A stretch of DNA of 64,000 nucleotides from Candidatus Micrarchaeia archaeon (GCA_038881595.1 JAVZPM010000001.1:115433-179432), one strand, 5' to 3'. Shown: positions 9,264-20,087, counted from the stretch's first letter. Translations and numbers: made by a program. The notes: generated by a model from the letters alone, not told the origin.

Positions 9264-9794
9264 ATGGTAACCTTAAGAGAGCTGTTAGGTAGAAGAATTA
9301 AAAAAGAATTGGAAATAAAAGAAAACCAAAGTGTTTCTTTTGCAGAAGCAATAACTCCTGCATTTATTGGCGGTTTAATAATAGGAATAATTCTTGGAAT
9401 ACCTGGATTAAATATATTATTTCCCCTTGCAGCAATTGGAGGTTATTATGCAGTTGCTTTAGTAAGAGATTATTATGAAAAATACATTACAATACAAGAT
9501 GCAATGAAAGTTGGGGTTATTACTGGCTTCATAGGTGCATTCCTTGGAACTGCTTTAATCATTGTCATAGCAGTTCTATATGGTGATTCTATCTCACTTT
9601 TCTTCAGGAATATATTTGATTTTGAAACAACAACCATTCTTCTTACTCTTTCAGGGATAGACCCATTTCTTACCCTTGCTACCTTAAAGATGAGGTTTCT
9701 TGCTAATCTTGCAATAGGAATAGGCATGGGGGGAATTGGCGGAGCTTATTTCATTAAAAGACATATAGAGAGTAAACCCAGGAAGAAAGAATAA
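9264..9794 (+). CDS. Gly-rich integral membrane protein (DUF5518-like)
   Basis: About four Gly-rich TM helices, e.g. GVITGFIGAFLG. Confidence 0.7.
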   Translation: MVTLRELLGRRIKKELEIKENQSVSFAEAITPAFIGGLIIGIILGIPGLNILFPLAAIGGYYAVALVRDYYEKYITIQDAMKVGVITGFIGAFLGTALIIVIAVLYGDSISLFFRNIFDFETTTILLTLSGIDPFLTLATLKMRFLANLAIGIGMGGIGGAYFIKRHIESKPRKKE

Positions 9795-9859
9795 GATTTA
9801 TAATCTCTTTCCGTATAATATTAAAATAAGCAAATTCAGAGATTTGCTGTTTTTTATAG

Positions 9860-10093
<234 letters not shown>

Positions 10094-10214
10094 CCTCTTT
10101 TACTTAATTTAATTACTCATTTTAATTTATCATGCAAGAATGGCTAGATTTAGATCTAGCTGTTCTACTGTCAAGTTTTTTAATCTTATTTTGTTAATTT
10201 ATTTATATATTAAA

Positions 10215-10286
10215 GGGCCTGTAGCTCAATGGTAGAGCGCATCCATGGCATGGATGAGGCTGCGCGTTCGAGTCGCGCCAGGTCCA
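10215..10286 (+). tRNA. tRNA-Ala(GGC)
   Basis: Acceptor GGGCCTG/CAGGTCC with G3:U70; anticodon arm CATCC-AT-GGC-AT-GGATG; discriminator A. Confidence 0.96.
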
Positions 10287-10311
10287 TAAAATCAGAAACG
10301 GAGGCGACTGA

Positions 10312-10830
10312 ATGCCATTCGCAATTAAAAAGGCAGATAGTATTAAACCCGAATGGAAAGAAGAATTAGAGCACTATAAAAAGAAATGTAAATTTACTGA
10401 TGAAGAAGCCAAATTTATTTTAAAATTAGCAGAAAAGAATGGTTTGTCACCACAAAGAATAATTGAAACAATTGGGTTAAACTCTCCTAGAGGAAAATTA
10501 AGAACAGAAGCAATCGATGATCTTAATATCTCAATTCCCGAAATAGAAAAAAGGTTGGTTGAAAATAAAATGAAACTGGAAAAAATGAAAAAAGACAAGA
10601 AAAGTGAGGAAATTAAAGGAGTGAAAAAACTAATTACTAAGATAAAGGATATGATATTAGAAGAAGAAAAATTGTTAGAAGCAGATATAAAGATAGATGA
10701 ACATAGATTAAAGAGATACAAGAATATAAAAGCAATTTTAGAAGAGCTCAATAAAAATCCTAAAAAAGATGAAATAACAAAAAAAATAAACAAAAACACT
10801 AATTTCAAATCCGCGGAAGAATTATTCTGA
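10312..10830 (+). CDS. Hypothetical Lys/Glu-rich protein
   Basis: 172-aa ORF with GGAGG upstream; helical/coiled-coil composition. Confidence 0.7.
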   Translation: MPFAIKKADSIKPEWKEELEHYKKKCKFTDEEAKFILKLAEKNGLSPQRIIETIGLNSPRGKLRTEAIDDLNISIPEIEKRLVENKMKLEKMKKDKKSEEIKGVKKLITKIKDMILEEEKLLEADIKIDEHRLKRYKNIKAILEELNKNPKKDEITKKINKNTNFKSAEELF

Positions 10831-10897
10831 AAATTATTCTGGAATTGTTATAAAAATTAAATCTTATGAAAAAATTAAGTGTTAAGAAGGTGAAGCG

Positions 10898-11272
10898 ATG
10901 GAAAATAAGTGTATTTTTTGTAAGCTTGCTGAAATGAAAGAGAATTATATTGCAGAAACCAAAAATCTATTTGCTGTTTGGGACAAATATCCTGTTTCTA
11001 AAGGGCATGCGATGATCATACCGAAAAGACACATTGTTAACATGTTTGAAATGAATGAAGAAGAAGGGAAGGAATTGCCTCTGATTCTGAATAAGGTAAA
11101 AGAAAAAATTGAGAAAAATGCGGGAAGTGATAAGCCAAAAGGGTATAACATAGGTTCAAACAATGGAGAGGCTGCAGGTCAGGTTGTTATGCATCTCCAT
11201 ATTCATGTGATACCCAGATATAAAGGTGGACATGGAATTCAAATCCTAGGACAAGGAGAACCGAAGGAATGA
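10898..11272 (+). CDS. HIT family hydrolase
   Basis: CIFC; D.YPVSKGH..IIPKRH; NNGEAAGQVVMHLHIHVIPR histidine triad. Confidence 0.95.
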   Translation: MENKCIFCKLAEMKENYIAETKNLFAVWDKYPVSKGHAMIIPKRHIVNMFEMNEEEGKELPLILNKVKEKIEKNAGSDKPKGYNIGSNNGEAAGQVVMHLHIHVIPRYKGGHGIQILGQGEPKE

Positions 11273-11273
11273 A

Positions 11274-11570
11274 ATGAGAACAAAAAATAAAAGAAAGAAA
11301 AAATGGTCACAATATGTGACAGAGCACAGTTTTGCACTAGCACTAGAACCTGGTGTCTTTACTTGGAAAGATCCAAAAAGAATAGCAAAGTCATTGAAAC
11401 AATCTGCAGAAGAGAGTATTGCAAGGAAGGGAACTCCTTTCCAATCTGCAATGTCTATGTTAAATTTCTATATAAATCGAGCTGGAAGGAAACTAAAACC
11501 TGAAAGAAAAATTATTTTGGAAAAGGCAAAACAGGAATTGAGGATTCTTTTTGGAAAAATAAAAAAGTAA
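11274..11570 (+). CDS. DUF3175 family protein
   Basis: KWS..VT.HS.AL.LEPGVFT..DP..IA.SLK.SAE.S...FQSAMSMLNFYINRAG. Confidence 0.85.
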   Translation: MRTKNKRKKKWSQYVTEHSFALALEPGVFTWKDPKRIAKSLKQSAEESIARKGTPFQSAMSMLNFYINRAGRKLKPERKIILEKAKQELRILFGKIKK

Positions 11571-11590
11571 AGAACAAGATATTTGACAGA

Positions 11591-12001
11591 TCATTCTCCG
11601 ATGATCTTTACTATAACTCTTTTCTTTCTTTGTCCGTCAAACTCCATGTAGAACACTTGCTCCCAAGGACCAAGATCAAGTTCGCCATTTGTTATAGGTA
11701 GTACTACCTGATGGTGTATGAGCGTGCGCTTAAGATGGGCGTCGCCGTTTGTTTCACCTGTTCTATGATGCTTGTAATCTGCTTTTGGTGCAAGCCTCTC
11801 AAGCCACTCCATAACATCTTCCTTTAATCCTGGTTCCTCATCATTAACCCATATTGCTGCTGTTATATGCATTGCACTGACTAAACAGAACCCTTCCTTC
11901 ACCTTGCTCTTCTTAACAATTTCCTCTATCTGATTTGTAATGTTTATTATCTCTCTTTCTTTTTTTGTGTTGAACCAAAGATATTCGGTATAAGAATTCA
12001 T
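11591..12001 (-). CDS. YjbQ/UPF0047 family protein
   Basis: [42 protein letters not shown]; ATG at 12001 follows GGTGA. Confidence 0.92.
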   Translation of the reverse strand: MNSYTEYLWFNTKKEREIINITNQIEEIVKKSKVKEGFCLVSAMHITAAIWVNDEEPGLKEDVMEWLERLAPKADYKHHRTGETNGDAHLKRTLIHHQVVLPITNGELDLGPWEQVFYMEFDGQRKKRVIVKIIGE

Positions 12002-12120
12002 AATTTCACCAATATGATTTGAGATAGACATCAGTGTAGACAAAAATAGATAAATATTAAAGTTTAAAAATCCAAAATACTATATATTATAGTCTGATCT
12101 TTATTTTTGTTATATATTTT

Positions 12121-12193
12121 GGCCCTGTAGTCGAATGGTTAAGACGTCACCCTTACAAGGTGAAGATTCGGAGTTCGATTCTCCGCGGGGCCA
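12121..12193 (+). tRNA. tRNA-Val(UAC)
   Basis: Acceptor GGCCCTG/CGGGGCC; anticodon arm TCACC-CT-TAC-AA-GGTGA; T-arm CGGAG-TTCGATT-CTCCG. Confidence 0.96.
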
Positions 12194-12208
12194 CTATTTT
12201 TTTATAAT

Positions 12209-12991
12209 TCATTCTATTTCCTTACTATTTGATTCGATATATAACTTTAGTTTATTCACAAGATTTTCCAATTCAAATGAAGTTTTAATCTTCTCAAAAA
12301 TACCTTCATAAATAATGCAATTAGAAAATTCTCGGTCTATATCTTTAATTCTATTTCTCTTTGAATTGTTTAGAATATTTCTTAATCTTTTTGCGTTTTC
12401 ACTATTATTTTGACCAAACCAATCAATTATGAATTTATTTATTTCACTCTTTTCTTTTGTAAATTCAGATATGCCAAATGCTTTAATAATCGAAAATCTG
12501 ATCAATCCTATTTGCTCAATGTTTCCAAATGCAGTTTCACATTTTGAAGGGAGAATATGGTATGTTTCTCCATTTTCTTTAACTTGAAATATATGTTCAA
12601 AATCATTCATTTTTATTTTTCCTATAAATTTTGAAAGAAATCTATAGTAATCTCCATCTTCAATTATAGCAGCAATAGCATAAGCAGGACCTACATCAAA
12701 ATTCATTTTTTCTGATTCTATATATTTTTTATATTCAATTAAATCCTTTAATCCTGTTATATAAAGAGTATCAAACTTAGAATCAAGATTATCTTTGTGC
12801 GAAAAAGTACAAACGATACCCGTTCTTGAACCACATCTTATAGGAACGCAAACTCTCCTATAGTCTGCAAAGTCTGAAAAATCAGATGCATCTTCGATAA
12901 GTAAATTTTTGCCAAAAATAGAATTTTCCCTCTGCTCATTTACCTTGGACTCTGAGGCAATTTCATGCTCTTTTATCTTTTGCGCGAACAT
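12209..12991 (-). CDS. Hypothetical protein
   Basis: 260-aa ORF with no recognised motif. Confidence 0.7.
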   Translation of the reverse strand: MFAQKIKEHEIASESKVNEQRENSIFGKNLLIEDASDFSDFADYRRVCVPIRCGSRTGIVCTFSHKDNLDSKFDTLYITGLKDLIEYKKYIESEKMNFDVGPAYAIAAIIEDGDYYRFLSKFIGKIKMNDFEHIFQVKENGETYHILPSKCETAFGNIEQIGLIRFSIIKAFGISEFTKEKSEINKFIIDWFGQNNSENAKRLRNILNNSKRNRIKDIDREFSNCIIYEGIFEKIKTSFELENLVNKLKLYIESNSKEIE

Positions 12992-13060
12992 CTTGTCTAA
13001 CCCTTCGGTAATCGTCTCGCCTCTGCCTCTTGGTCTGATATATAATGAAACGATAATTAT

Positions 13061-14095
13061 TTAAATATTTAATACTTGAAAATCAACCACTACCTCAATT
13101 ATATCTGGAGAATAATCCCTCACCAGCCTTGATTGAAGAATCTTTATTTTTTTATTTTGCTTTTTTGCAGCATCGTTTACAATTTTTTCTGCATTCTCAA
13201 TTGAATCTGTAAAATGATAGAAATGAACGATTCCTCCATTCTTTACTAGATAAAAAGCAACATCAAGAAATTGATCTGCAGACATAGGAAGAGGCATTAT
13301 TACTCTGTCTGCTACTCCTTCATACTCCTTTTTCTTCAATAAATCTCTCGCATCTCCAGGAATTGGAATTACATTTGTGAGCTTATTTAATTTGATGTTT
13401 TCAATTAGATAGCTGTATGCGTCTGGATTTAATTCATTAGCATAGACTTTTGAATTAGGGTGGTTCTTTGCGATTATTAAAGCAAAAGGTCCAACACCCG
13501 CGAATGGAACAAATACTGTTTCTCCATCTTTTACTAATGAGTTAATTCTTTTTCTTTCATAACTTAATCTTGGGGAATAATATGCCTTTGAAACATCTAG
13601 TTTGAATCTACAACCGTGCTCCTTATGTATTGTAAGAGTTGAGTGTCTTCCTGCAACAACTTTAAATGACCTTATTCTAAATGGCCCTTTTATTCCTCCT
13701 GTTTTAACTGCTACTGATTTTATATTTTTATGCTGCTCCATTATATCTGATGCAATCTTTTTAGATATTTTTTCTTTTTGTTTTTCAGATAAATCTTTGT
13801 ATTCTTTTGGCAATTCGAATATTGCTACATCGCCAATTATATCAAATGGAGGAAGACTGACTTTTTTGTTCTCTTTTTTTCTCAATCTTTTTTTACATAG
13901 TTCGAATTTGAAATCAAGTTGATTTAATTCTTCCATTCTTTCTTCTATATTTTCATCTAGCGGAAAGAATATGAATTCGTTATCTGAAGAGGGATTGTAA
14001 TTGAAATTTATTAGCTTCTTTGAGATAAGAAATCTTCTCGCCTTTTCAGCATGTTTCTTTTCAACTTTTAATGCAATAACCATCCTATCACTCAT
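13061..14095 (-). CDS. trm5: tRNA (guanine37-N1) methyltransferase, Trm5/Met10+ family
   Basis: FDIIGDVAI, HKEHGCRFKLDV.KAYYSPRLSYER, PFAGVGPF, NELNPDA, DRVIMPLP. Confidence 0.92.
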   Translation of the reverse strand: MSDRMVIALKVEKKHAEKARRFLISKKLINFNYNPSSDNEFIFFPLDENIEERMEELNQLDFKFELCKKRLRKKENKKVSLPPFDIIGDVAIFELPKEYKDLSEKQKEKISKKIASDIMEQHKNIKSVAVKTGGIKGPFRIRSFKVVAGRHSTLTIHKEHGCRFKLDVSKAYYSPRLSYERKRINSLVKDGETVFVPFAGVGPFALIIAKNHPNSKVYANELNPDAYSYLIENIKLNKLTNVIPIPGDARDLLKKKEYEGVADRVIMPLPMSADQFLDVAFYLVKNGGIVHFYHFTDSIENAEKIVNDAAKKQNKKIKILQSRLVRDYSPDIIEVVVDFQVLNI

Positions 14096-14119
14096 ATTTT
14101 TTATACAGATTCTGTGATA

Positions 14120-14773
14120 TTATTCGATAGGTTTTTTGACCTCCTCCATTCTCTTCTTAATCATAGAAACTACTTTTTCCTCTATCTCCTCCCTTGAACC
14201 TTCATTAATCAATCTAACATTTGCTTTCCTTAAGCATGCTCCTAAATTTACTCCGTAATCTATTACATCACCATGTTCACTTTCAGTATCTTCTATCTTT
14301 CTGTCCTCTCTTCCAGCCATCTCTTCATGATCACGCTTTTTGAATGATTCAAAGTCCATTACTTCCTCTCCTTCTCTTTTTCTTGAAAGTGCTCTCTCAT
14401 ATCTAATTCTTACATCTGCATCTACAAAAATCAAATAGAAGTATTTCTTGAATGTCTGTCTTAAGGCTTCTGCTTCCCACGGATTTCTTATAGAATCTAT
14501 TACCACTACCTCATAGTCTAGGATTTTATCTCCTAAAGACTGGAATTTTTTTATTGCCAATTCAGCCAATATGCCTGGTCCGTTTTTCAATCTTAATTCA
14601 TCTGCTAAATCTCTAAGATTGTCTCTTGTCTTTTCAATCCCCCTTCTATCTGCCTCTTCTCTTAACATATCAGACAAACCAACATCATAAGTCTTGAAAT
14701 TCTTCTTTATAATTTCTCTTATCAAACCCTTTCCACTAAGCATCGTACCTGAAAGACCAACATAGATAACCAT
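14120..14773 (-). CDS. P-loop nucleotide kinase (archaeal UPF0200/dephospho-CoA kinase-like)
   Basis: GLSGTMLSGKG Walker A, LSDMLREE, IDSIRN..E, VDA...IRYERA..R.R. Confidence 0.85.
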   Translation of the reverse strand: MVIYVGLSGTMLSGKGLIREIIKKNFKTYDVGLSDMLREEADRRGIEKTRDNLRDLADELRLKNGPGILAELAIKKFQSLGDKILDYEVVVIDSIRNPWEAEALRQTFKKYFYLIFVDADVRIRYERALSRKREGEEVMDFESFKKRDHEEMAGREDRKIEDTESEHGDVIDYGVNLGACLRKANVRLINEGSREEIEEKVVSMIKKRMEEVKKPIE

Positions 14774-14866
14774 TTAATACACCTTAAGCCTAACCTGTAA
14801 ATGTGATAAATAAGATAATACGAAAAAGAATAAAAAACAAACAGAAAGAAACATTAGAAATAGCAA

Positions 14867-17284
14867 TCATGTTTTAGTGTGCTTAACTTGTTCGTCTTCT
14901 ATTCCAATATTTTCTAATATTTTTCTTGTTCTTTCAAGCAAAACTTTTTGTTCAGCTGCAGCAACTATCTTTCTTGTTCTTTCGATTGCATCTGGATTGA
15001 CAGATATACTTGTTGTTCCAAATTCAACAAGCTTTTCAGCTATCTCTGGATAAACTGAAGGTGCCTGTCCGCATATTGATGTTGTTACTCCGTATTTTCT
15101 GCAGACTTTAATTACATATTGTATTGCTCTTAAAACAGCTGTGCTTCTCTCATCAAACTCAGATGCAATAGATGAATTGTCTCTATCCACCCCTAGTATA
15201 AGTTGTGTTAAGTCATTGCTGCCTATTGATATCCCATCAATTCCAGTCTGACATATCTCTTCAATCATGAAAACAGTGCTTGGAACTTCAACCATGATCC
15301 AAAGCTTAAAGTCTTTTGACTGATGCAGACCTTCCTCTTCCATAATTTTCTTTATCTTTATTATCTGTTCTGATCTTCTTACAAATGGAATCATCAGCCA
15401 TACATTTTTTAGCTGAAATTCTTCCCTAACTTTTTTAATTGCCTTTAATTCCATCTTGAAAAGCTCGGGCTCTTTTATATATCTCATTGCTCCTCTATAT
15501 CCCATCATTGGATTTTCTTCTTTTGGTTCAAATTCCTCTCCCCCTTTTAGGTTTCTATATTCATTTGTTTTGAAATCAGTTGCTCTGTAAACAACTGGCC
15601 TTGGATAAAATGCACCTGCAATCTTAGCTATTCCATCTGCAAGTTTATCTATAAACTCCTGTTCTCTTCCTTCTTTTAACATCTTCTTTGGATGCTCTCC
15701 TATAGATGCTATCATAAACTCTGCACGCAATAAGCCAACTCCATCAACAGATAGCTTTGCTACTTTCTCAGCCATATCTGGTTCTGCTAGATTAACATAA
15801 ATCTTGGTTGCTGTAACTGGCAGAATTTCACCAGATATCGATGCAGGTTGCTTTGGAACTTCTGTAAGATCAACCTTTCCCTCATAAATGATTCCTTTGT
15901 TTGCATCTACGGTAACGAGCATTTCATTTTTTAGAATAGATGTTGCTTTTTCTGTTCCTATTACAGCAGGAACTCCAAGTTCTCTACTAACAATTGCTGC
16001 ATGCGAAGTCAATCCACCCTCATCTGTAATAATTGCGGATGCCTTTCTCATTGCTGGAACAAAATCAGGAGTTGTCATCTTTGTAACTAATACTTCTCCT
16101 GATTGCATTGATGGAAGATCAGAAATATCTAATATAACTCTTACTTTACCAATTGCAAAACCAGGACTTGCTGGTAAACCCTTAAGTATTATTGAACCTT
16201 TCTCTACCTTTTTCTCAGCTTCCATTGTTTCCACCTTTTCTTCGGATCTTACGGAAGGATATTCTTCTATATTTTCAACCTCTTTTTGCCCCATCTCTCT
16301 GACAAACCTTTCTGTCACTTCTTTCTTTAATGTTGTAATTGGTCTTGATTGAACAATGTATAGCTTTCCTCCTTCTGACGCCCACTCTATATCCTGTGGC
16401 CACTTATAATGCTTCTCTATCTCTCTTCCTATTTTTGCAAGTTCTATTATCTTTTCATCTTCAAGTTTTTGCATGCTTTGATATTCTGCTTTTATACCTA
16501 ACTTTACATTTGCATTTTCAGATTTTATTAGCATCCATTCCTGTTTTGCAATATGCTTATGTATTATATCAAGCGTGCTTTTGTTTATGATGTATGTATC
16601 TGGTGTAACTGCTCCAGAAACAACTGTTTCTCCAAGTCCGAATGCTGCCTCTATTACCATCTTGTTTGGATCTTGAGAGACTGGATCCACAGTGAAGAAA
16701 ACACCTGATTTTTCTGATTGGACCATATGCTGAACTACAACAGCAATCTTCACCTTAGAATGTTCAAAACCTTGTTGTACTCTGTAATATATTGCACGAG
16801 GAGTAAAAAGAGAAGCCCAACATCTTTTAACTGCATCTATTAATGCTTGTTCCCCGTAGACATTAAGAAATGATGCCTGCTGGCCCGCAAAGGAAGCACT
16901 AGGTACGTCTTCCGCAGTGGCACTGCTTCTTACTGCAACATATTCTATTTTTGAACCTGTTCTATTTTTTAACTGAGAATATGCTTCTATTATCTGATTT
17001 GCAATCTCTTCAGGCATTTCATATGAAAGAATAATGTTTGAAATTATTTTGGAAGCTTCATTCAATTTTGCAGTATCCTCTACATCTAAATTCTTCAATG
17101 TCTCTATAATTAATTTGTCTATCCCATATTTTGTTATATATTCATAATAAGAATCAGCAGAAACTACGAAGCCCGGCGGGATCGGAAAACCAGCCCTAAT
17201 CATCTCACCAAGATTAGCTCCTTTTCCACCTGCGATTGGAAGGCTGTCTTTACTCAGCTCCTCAAACCAATATATATGCTTCAT
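14867..17284 (-). CDS. ppsA: Phosphoenolpyruvate synthase
   Basis: GGKGANLGE, VRSSATAED..ASFAGQ, TSHAAIVSRELG (phospho-His), E.NPMMGYRG, SIGSNDLTQ. Confidence 0.98.
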   Translation of the reverse strand: MKHIYWFEELSKDSLPIAGGKGANLGEMIRAGFPIPPGFVVSADSYYEYITKYGIDKLIIETLKNLDVEDTAKLNEASKIISNIILSYEMPEEIANQIIEAYSQLKNRTGSKIEYVAVRSSATAEDVPSASFAGQQASFLNVYGEQALIDAVKRCWASLFTPRAIYYRVQQGFEHSKVKIAVVVQHMVQSEKSGVFFTVDPVSQDPNKMVIEAAFGLGETVVSGAVTPDTYIINKSTLDIIHKHIAKQEWMLIKSENANVKLGIKAEYQSMQKLEDEKIIELAKIGREIEKHYKWPQDIEWASEGGKLYIVQSRPITTLKKEVTERFVREMGQKEVENIEEYPSVRSEEKVETMEAEKKVEKGSIILKGLPASPGFAIGKVRVILDISDLPSMQSGEVLVTKMTTPDFVPAMRKASAIITDEGGLTSHAAIVSRELGVPAVIGTEKATSILKNEMLVTVDANKGIIYEGKVDLTEVPKQPASISGEILPVTATKIYVNLAEPDMAEKVAKLSVDGVGLLRAEFMIASIGEHPKKMLKEGREQEFIDKLADGIAKIAGAFYPRPVVYRATDFKTNEYRNLKGGEEFEPKEENPMMGYRGAMRYIKEPELFKMELKAIKKVREEFQLKNVWLMIPFVRRSEQIIKIKKIMEEEGLHQSKDFKLWIMVEVPSTVFMIEEICQTGIDGISIGSNDLTQLILGVDRDNSSIASEFDERSTAVLRAIQYVIKVCRKYGVTTSICGQAPSVYPEIAEKLVEFGTTSISVNPDAIERTRKIVAAAEQKVLLERTRKILENIGIEDEQVKHTKT

Positions 17285-17350
17285 AAAAATAGTTAGAGAA
17301 GAATGTTTTTAAACAATGTGATTAAAAATTAAAAAAGAATAAAAAAAGGA

Positions 17351-18031
17351 TCAACCCAATATTTGTACGCCAGAAGGAAGTTCAAATTCAGAATCTGGAA
17401 TCTCTATGAATTCTATGTTCTTGTATTCTATAATTCTTTTTTCTCCTCCCATTGATATTTCAGTTCTTAGTGGAAAACCTTTTTCCTTCCAGATCCAAGA
17501 TTTGATCTGCATCCCCTCCATAGAATATTGGACTATAACGCAATCCTTTCCATCTAATATTTCACTCCCTAATACAACTGGATTATATTTTTCTATGTTT
17601 TCTGTTGGAGAGGTATATTGGGAAGAATAATCAAAACTAGTCATGAATGCGATTCCCTGAGCTGGCATATAGCTGTACATGACCTTTTTATCTAAATCAA
17701 CGATATTGATCACTTTCTCTCCTTCTGCAGAAATCTCTAATTTCATTTTATTTCCTTTCAGCCAAACTGTTTGAGTAACTGAAGAACCCAGACCTGTCAT
17801 TAACATATCGTATTTTACGCTTTTAATAGCTGAAGTTTTTGCAAATATATCTGAAAGAGAATAAGTTGATGGTTTAGTTGTATCTTTTGTTTGTTCTGTT
17901 TGATTTAAAGTCTTATTAACCTCTTGAAAGTTCTGTTTAGTCTCGGTTTGACCTGTGCAACCGCTCATGAATATTGCTCCAAAAATAAGAACAAATATAG
18001 CTAGAGCAGCTATCTTTATATTTGGATTCAA
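17351..18031 (-). CDS. Lipoprotein with LolA-like/DUF4412-type beta fold
   Basis: Lipobox FMSGC; LGSE.LDGKDC, WIW...GFPLR, IPDSEFELPSG. Confidence 0.75.
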   Translation of the reverse strand: MNPNIKIAALAIFVLIFGAIFMSGCTGQTETKQNFQEVNKTLNQTEQTKDTTKPSTYSLSDIFAKTSAIKSVKYDMLMTGLGSSVTQTVWLKGNKMKLEISAEGEKVINIVDLDKKVMYSYMPAQGIAFMTSFDYSSQYTSPTENIEKYNPVVLGSEILDGKDCVIVQYSMEGMQIKSWIWKEKGFPLRTEISMGGEKRIIEYKNIEFIEIPDSEFELPSGVQILG

Positions 18032-18080
18032 AAAATCACCTCTAGTAAAATATTAAAAAAATTGAAAATAAAGAAATAGA

Positions 18081-18551
18081 TTAGCTGTACTTGACCACTA
18101 ATTCTATTTCCTGAGCTTTTGGAAAATCAGGCGAATTTGCAGGATAATATGTTATTTTAAGCTTTTCCTTAAATACATCCTTACCTGATTGTGGGTTTGT
18201 AACAATATTAGTTGAAGCTGCACAATTTATAGTAATTGTTGCACTACTTCCAGGTGTTATCTGCACTGGCCCACCAACCAATCTGTTTGTATTGTCTGTA
18301 GAAGGACAGTTTGCAGATGAGATGTTGTATGTAACAGCACCCATATTCATTAAGCTTATCTTGACTTGATGAGTTGAATTGATAGTATATTTGTCTTGTT
18401 CGCATTGAAAAGGCTGTGCAACCTGGCATGTTTCAATTTGTTGTGGTCTAACTAAATAGACAAGTATTCCCATTATAGCAAGGACTATCAGAATAGCCCA
18501 ACCATATGTCATAAGATATTCCATTGCAGCTTGACCTTTTTTCTTGAACAT
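18081..18551 (-). CDS. Archaeal type IV pilin-like protein (class III signal peptide)
   Basis: KKKG/QAAMEYLMTYGWAILIVL: basic leader, G/Q cleavage, E+5, hydrophobic helix. Confidence 0.9.
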   Translation of the reverse strand: MFKKKGQAAMEYLMTYGWAILIVLAIMGILVYLVRPQQIETCQVAQPFQCEQDKYTINSTHQVKISLMNMGAVTYNISSANCPSTDNTNRLVGGPVQITPGSSATITINCAASTNIVTNPQSGKDVFKEKLKITYYPANSPDFPKAQEIELVVKYS

Positions 18552-18587
18552 AACATTTTCACCTTATTACTAGTTTATAGAATAAAT

Positions 18588-19247
18588 TTAAAAAACCTTA
18601 TAATTTTGCTTTTTTAAGGATTTGAAATAATCACAATATTTAGATACAATACATCTTTCACATAAAGGCCTTGCCTTACATATTTTTTGTCCGTGTTGAA
18701 CAAATAATTCATTTATATATCTCCATTCACTCTTAGGTATTACTTTATAAAGTTCCTGTTCTGTTTTTTCAGGAGTATTTGTTTTAACTATACCTAATCT
18801 ATTTGAAACCTTATGAACATGTGTATCAACAGCTATATAATCACCTTTTCCATATGCATAGGTAAATACTATATTGGCTGTTTTTCTTCCGACTCCTGGA
18901 AGCTCAATTAAAGAATTATAGTCTGTTGGAACCTTACCATTGTATTTGTCAACTAAAATTTTACTTATCTGTTTTATTCTCTTTGCTTTTGTATTATACA
19001 TCCCAACAGGTCTTATTAATTTTTTAATTTCATTAATACTTGCCTTCGCAAGTTTTTCGGGAGTGTCAAATCTTGCAAACAAAGAACTACTTGCAAGTAT
19101 TGTTCTTTCATCTCTTGTTTGATGAGATAAAACAGTTCCAATTAAAACCTTAAACGGATCTCTACTTATATTTGAGCCACTAAATTCATCAGGATATTCT
19201 TTTTTCAGCAAATTTATGATTTTTAGTATTGTGCTTCTTGATTTCAT
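18588..19247 (-). CDS. nth: Endonuclease III
   Basis: DPFKVLIGTVLSHQT, HhH LPGVGRKTA, VDTHV, C-terminal 4Fe-4S cysteines. Confidence 0.96.
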   Translation of the reverse strand: MKSRSTILKIINLLKKEYPDEFSGSNISRDPFKVLIGTVLSHQTRDERTILASSSLFARFDTPEKLAKASINEIKKLIRPVGMYNTKAKRIKQISKILVDKYNGKVPTDYNSLIELPGVGRKTANIVFTYAYGKGDYIAVDTHVHKVSNRLGIVKTNTPEKTEQELYKVIPKSEWRYINELFVQHGQKICKARPLCERCIVSKYCDYFKSLKKQNYKVF

Positions 19248-19298
19248 AGAAATTTATTGGATATAAAAGAATATATAGTTTTTTTTAATATTCTATTC

Positions 19299-20060
19299 AT
19301 GGCAAAGATAAGGATTGTAGCTAATGAGCCCGCAATTCTTATAGAAAAAGGAAAAGAAAGAACCTTAGTGATTGGAGATCTGCATATTGGAGTAGAAACA
19401 CAACTAGGAACTGAAAAATTAGCAAAAAATGCAATAAATCAAATGATTGACAGTATAATAAATTTAATAAAAGAGACAAAGGCTAATCAACTTATACTTG
19501 TAGGAGATATTAGACATAAGATACCTATAGAAAAAGAATATTGGCAACAAATGACAGAAGAGGAAGAGATTGAACATAGAATTTCAATCGAAATACCCGA
19601 TATGCTTTTCAGATTAAGGCAGTATTGTGAGGTTAAAATAATACCTGGAAATCATGATGGTGCATTAAAGAGTTATTTTGAAACATCTGATGAGATCATA
19701 ATTGAGAATATTGGTATAATACACAGTCATAAATGGCCTTCTAAGGAAATGATTGAACAAATAGATACTTTGATTGTTGCTCACTCTCATCCTGCAGTTT
19801 CATTTAAAGACCAGTTTGGATACAAGACAAAGCAAAAAGTATGGGTTAAAGGAAGCCTTAATTCAAAAGAATTAAAAACCCAATATCCCAATATTAATAA
19901 AGAGATTTCTGTTATTGTTCTTCCAGTTTTCAATCCTTTGATAATTGGCTCTCCAATAAACGAAAAGAATAAGTTCTTGGGGCCATTGCTTAAGGATAAA
20001 ATACTGAAGATGAAAGAAATCGAGGTATTCTTGCTGGATGGAACACAGATAAAAATATGA
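19299..20060 (+). CDS. Calcineurin-like metallophosphoesterase (COG1407-type)
   Basis: GDLHIG, VGD, GNHDG, HSH, AHSHP, LPVFNPL. Confidence 0.9.
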   Translation: MAKIRIVANEPAILIEKGKERTLVIGDLHIGVETQLGTEKLAKNAINQMIDSIINLIKETKANQLILVGDIRHKIPIEKEYWQQMTEEEEIEHRISIEIPDMLFRLRQYCEVKIIPGNHDGALKSYFETSDEIIIENIGIIHSHKWPSKEMIEQIDTLIVAHSHPAVSFKDQFGYKTKQKVWVKGSLNSKELKTQYPNINKEISVIVLPVFNPLIIGSPINEKNKFLGPLLKDKILKMKEIEVFLLDGTQIKI

Positions 20061-20087
20061 TTATTTCACCGCATAGGAGGTTATAAA

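Noticed and set aside
15888-16590. Antisense ORFs in ppsA, and similar ones in srp54, the P-type ATPase, polB, PAC2, gdhA and the paralog array
   Set aside because: Fully overlapped by well-supported genes; Ser/Ile/Phe-rich shadow composition.
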